Part shown: piece by piece, positions 47,478-49,359 of the stretch
Layout of the letters: every line of letters starts with the position of its first letter
Position numbering within the stretch: the first letter of the stretch is position 1
DNA from: Bdellovibrionota bacterium
GTDB lineage: Bacteria; Bdellovibrionota; UBA1018; UBA923
Direction: 5' to 3'
DNA: 49,359 nt
NCBI GenBank assembly: GCA_040754655.1
Contig: JBFMCE010000012.1
Location: 1 to 49,359 of the forward strand
Program-made: the position numbers and the translations under genes
The notes under the pieces: generated by a model
Databases searched by the model: none
What the model was told of the DNA's origin: nothing
Seen by the model: only the letters and a program-made list of their open reading frames with translations

Positions 47478-47843
47478 TTAGGGCCGCTTGCGACGGACTA
47501 TTTTACGGTCTTCAAAGAACTTTTCGACCTTCTGACGGGCCAGTTTCGCATCGTGTTTGTACAAATAGGGGTCAAATCCACAATGGGGGCAGATCAAACT
47601 TTGGCGAGCCCGGGCGCGGTAGAGGAATTCAAAGAGCGCCCAGACTGGAAAAATAAGAAAACTGCCTTTGATGCCGGCCCAGGGCCAAAGACATGCTGCA
47701 AGAAAGAACCCGAAGCCTGCTAGCTGCAGATAGTGGCGCCGTCTGGGTGATGGCCAATAGACAGACCGCCGCTGGGATTTGCATATCGGGCAATAAAATT
47801 CCCAAAACTCTCGCTTTTGATACTGGAAAGGTAGACTCTCCAT
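47478..47843 (-). CDS. Small membrane protein with two CxxC motifs flanking a TM hairpin
   Basis: FYCPIC, two hydrophobic helices, ICPHCGFDP. Confidence 0.75.
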   Translation of the reverse strand: MESLPFQYQKREFWEFYCPICKSQRRSVYWPSPRRRHYLQLAGFGFFLAACLWPWAGIKGSFLIFPVWALFEFLYRARARQSLICPHCGFDPYLYKHDAKLARQKVEKFFEDRKIVRRKRP

Positions 47844-47883
47844 ACGGATATAACTATATCATGGGAAAGAGAGAACCAGCAGT

Positions 47884-48984
47884 ATGCGTCCTTTTTGGAA
47901 ATTATTAGACCAGCACCTAGGTGCCGAGTTTCAGAACGACCCCACGCTCAGGCGAGGTGTATTGGAGCTGAGCCGTCAGTTCACTGCGGCGCGAGATGAA
48001 CTTGACCTGGAATATCTGAATCGACCCGATTCGCGCAGGGCATATCTTGCCTACTACCTGCCTTTGAATTTTGAAAAGGTGCGCGCTCTCTTAACGACTC
48101 ACCTCAAAGGAATCTGGCCAACGCCTCCCACCAAAAGCCAACATTGGTTGGATTTAGGTTGCGGTCCGGCCACCGCGTCTTTGGCTGCGCTTGCTACCTT
48201 GCGAGAGCGGTACAAGAAAGAGAAACTGCCGGCTGTCCACATCGACCTCGTTGACACTCAACCCGAAGCTTTAAAAATGGCCCGAAAACTCATTGCTGAC
48301 TTCGCAAAAGCCGTTGAAGTGCAAGTCACGACGAAAGAGTTTGCAACTTTAAAAGAAGCCCTAGACGTGGGCGCCGAAGAGCAACGCCCCTATGACCTTG
48401 CGATGGCGGCCAACGTCTTGAATGAATTGCCCGCGCTTGCCGGAGATCCTGAAACCGATCCTTTGCTTCAGCTTTGGCCAAAGACAAACCTCTTGTTTCT
48501 TCTGGAACCAGGACATCGCGTCTCAAGCCAGCGCCTGATTCGTTTTCGTGAGCGGTTGCTCTCGAACTTCAAGGATGAGATCACGATTCTTGGCCCCTGC
48601 CCTCATATTGAAAAGTGCCCGCTATACCGAAGCAAACACTGGTGCCATTTTTCTGAACCTGTGTCAGACGGTCGATTGACCGATCTGAACATGCGATTCT
48701 TCAAAGATCCCCGCAACTGGCTCAAGTTTTCTTACGTGTTCTTGCGCAAAGAGAAACCCAAAGCCTACGACCCTTCAGTCTTTCGCGCCATCGGAGACCT
48801 GCACCCTTCAGGGCCGCGGACCCTGGCCATCGATCTTTGCCAACCCAAAGAAAAATTCGTATTGAGGCTTCCGGGCAATCTTCCGCCTGATTTGCGCAAG
48901 AAACTGGTCAGAGGATCGTCGGTGAAACTCGACTCCGATCAGACGATCCATGCGCGCACGCTGACCCCGCATAAGGCAGAGTAG
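47884..48984 (+). CDS. Rsm22/METTL17-family SAM methyltransferase-like protein
   Basis: AYLAYYLP, LDLGCGPATA, ANVLNEL, LEPG, GPCPH..CP...WCHF, KFSY. Confidence 0.85.
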   Translation: MRPFWKLLDQHLGAEFQNDPTLRRGVLELSRQFTAARDELDLEYLNRPDSRRAYLAYYLPLNFEKVRALLTTHLKGIWPTPPTKSQHWLDLGCGPATASLAALATLRERYKKEKLPAVHIDLVDTQPEALKMARKLIADFAKAVEVQVTTKEFATLKEALDVGAEEQRPYDLAMAANVLNELPALAGDPETDPLLQLWPKTNLLFLLEPGHRVSSQRLIRFRERLLSNFKDEITILGPCPHIEKCPLYRSKHWCHFSEPVSDGRLTDLNMRFFKDPRNWLKFSYVFLRKEKPKAYDPSVFRAIGDLHPSGPRTLAIDLCQPKEKFVLRLPGNLPPDLRKKLVRGSSVKLDSDQTIHARTLTPHKAE

Positions 48985-49086
48985 AGATCGAAGCCTCAGA
49001 TCAGAGACCGAGAGTGGACTGGAGTCTTGAGAAGGGGTCCCCGGCTGGTCCTTCTTTTTTTAAGAGAGCCAACGGCGCGAAATGTC

Positions 49087-49359
49087 CTATTCTGTCTCAG
49101 AAACCTTTTGATAGCGCGCGGTCTTGGTAAAACCATCATTACCCTTCGTGAGCAGGGTGAATTCCAAAACACCCGACGCGACGTCGATTTCAAGGGTTTT
49201 GTGAAATTTTGAGAACCCTAAAGGAATAATATAATATTCCACTTCAATCGCGCCTTTGGTCAATCGCAACTTCTGCTCACCAATTTGATAAAGCTCATCT
49301 TTCTGGTGAGTAATGAATCTCTGGCCATGGCTTGAGTCTTTACTCCTGGTCACGTATCC
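49087..49359 (-). CDS. Hypothetical protein, 3' part only (start outside the window)
   Basis: Open frame from the window edge to TAG at 49087. Confidence 0.5.
   Translation of the reverse strand, partial: GYVTRSKDSSHGQRFITHQKDELYQIGEQKLRLTKGAIEVEYYIIPLGFSKFHKTLEIDVASGVLEFTLLTKGNDGFTKTARYQKVSETE

Overview
A gene-dense bacterial chromosomal segment of about 50% GC (by eye). Gene content suggests a Bdellovibrionota or related deltaproteobacteria-like organism (inference): a Bd1075/Csd6-type LD-carboxypeptidase, a myxobacterial-type Hanks kinase with PEGA-like domains, an ArsA/Get3 ATPase pair, a PhaR-type regulator and many signal-peptide orphans. Recognisable blocks are a peptide ABC transporter (truncated), TPR plus LolB-like lipoproteins, ribD-ribE-ribBA-ribH, 2-oxoacid dehydrogenase E1 alpha/beta, COG3014-lpoB, a GlpT/UhpC MFS carrier, gshA-cbs-cgl, a signalling cluster (PP2C, HD-GYP, HDOD, CBS, STAS, OmpR regulator, Ser/Thr kinase), ssb, PuuD-like and an Rsm22/METTL17-like protein. 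No tRNA, rRNA, CRISPR array, integrase or transposase was seen. The most interesting signals not in the ORF track are: (1) a 14-codon Lys-rich micro-ORF (MAKKKKAKKKAKKK) with an RBS and a long strand-specific 3' hairpin; (2) a ~310-nt multi-hairpin candidate ncRNA next to a palindromic MITE-like element; (3) exported orphan proteins sharing a C-x-x-[LI]-[LM] motif, including a signal-peptide-bearing HD nucleotidase; (4) a partner-switching-like module with degenerate phospho-sites and equally spaced sigma28-like promoters. All family calls are from motif recognition; no searches were run.
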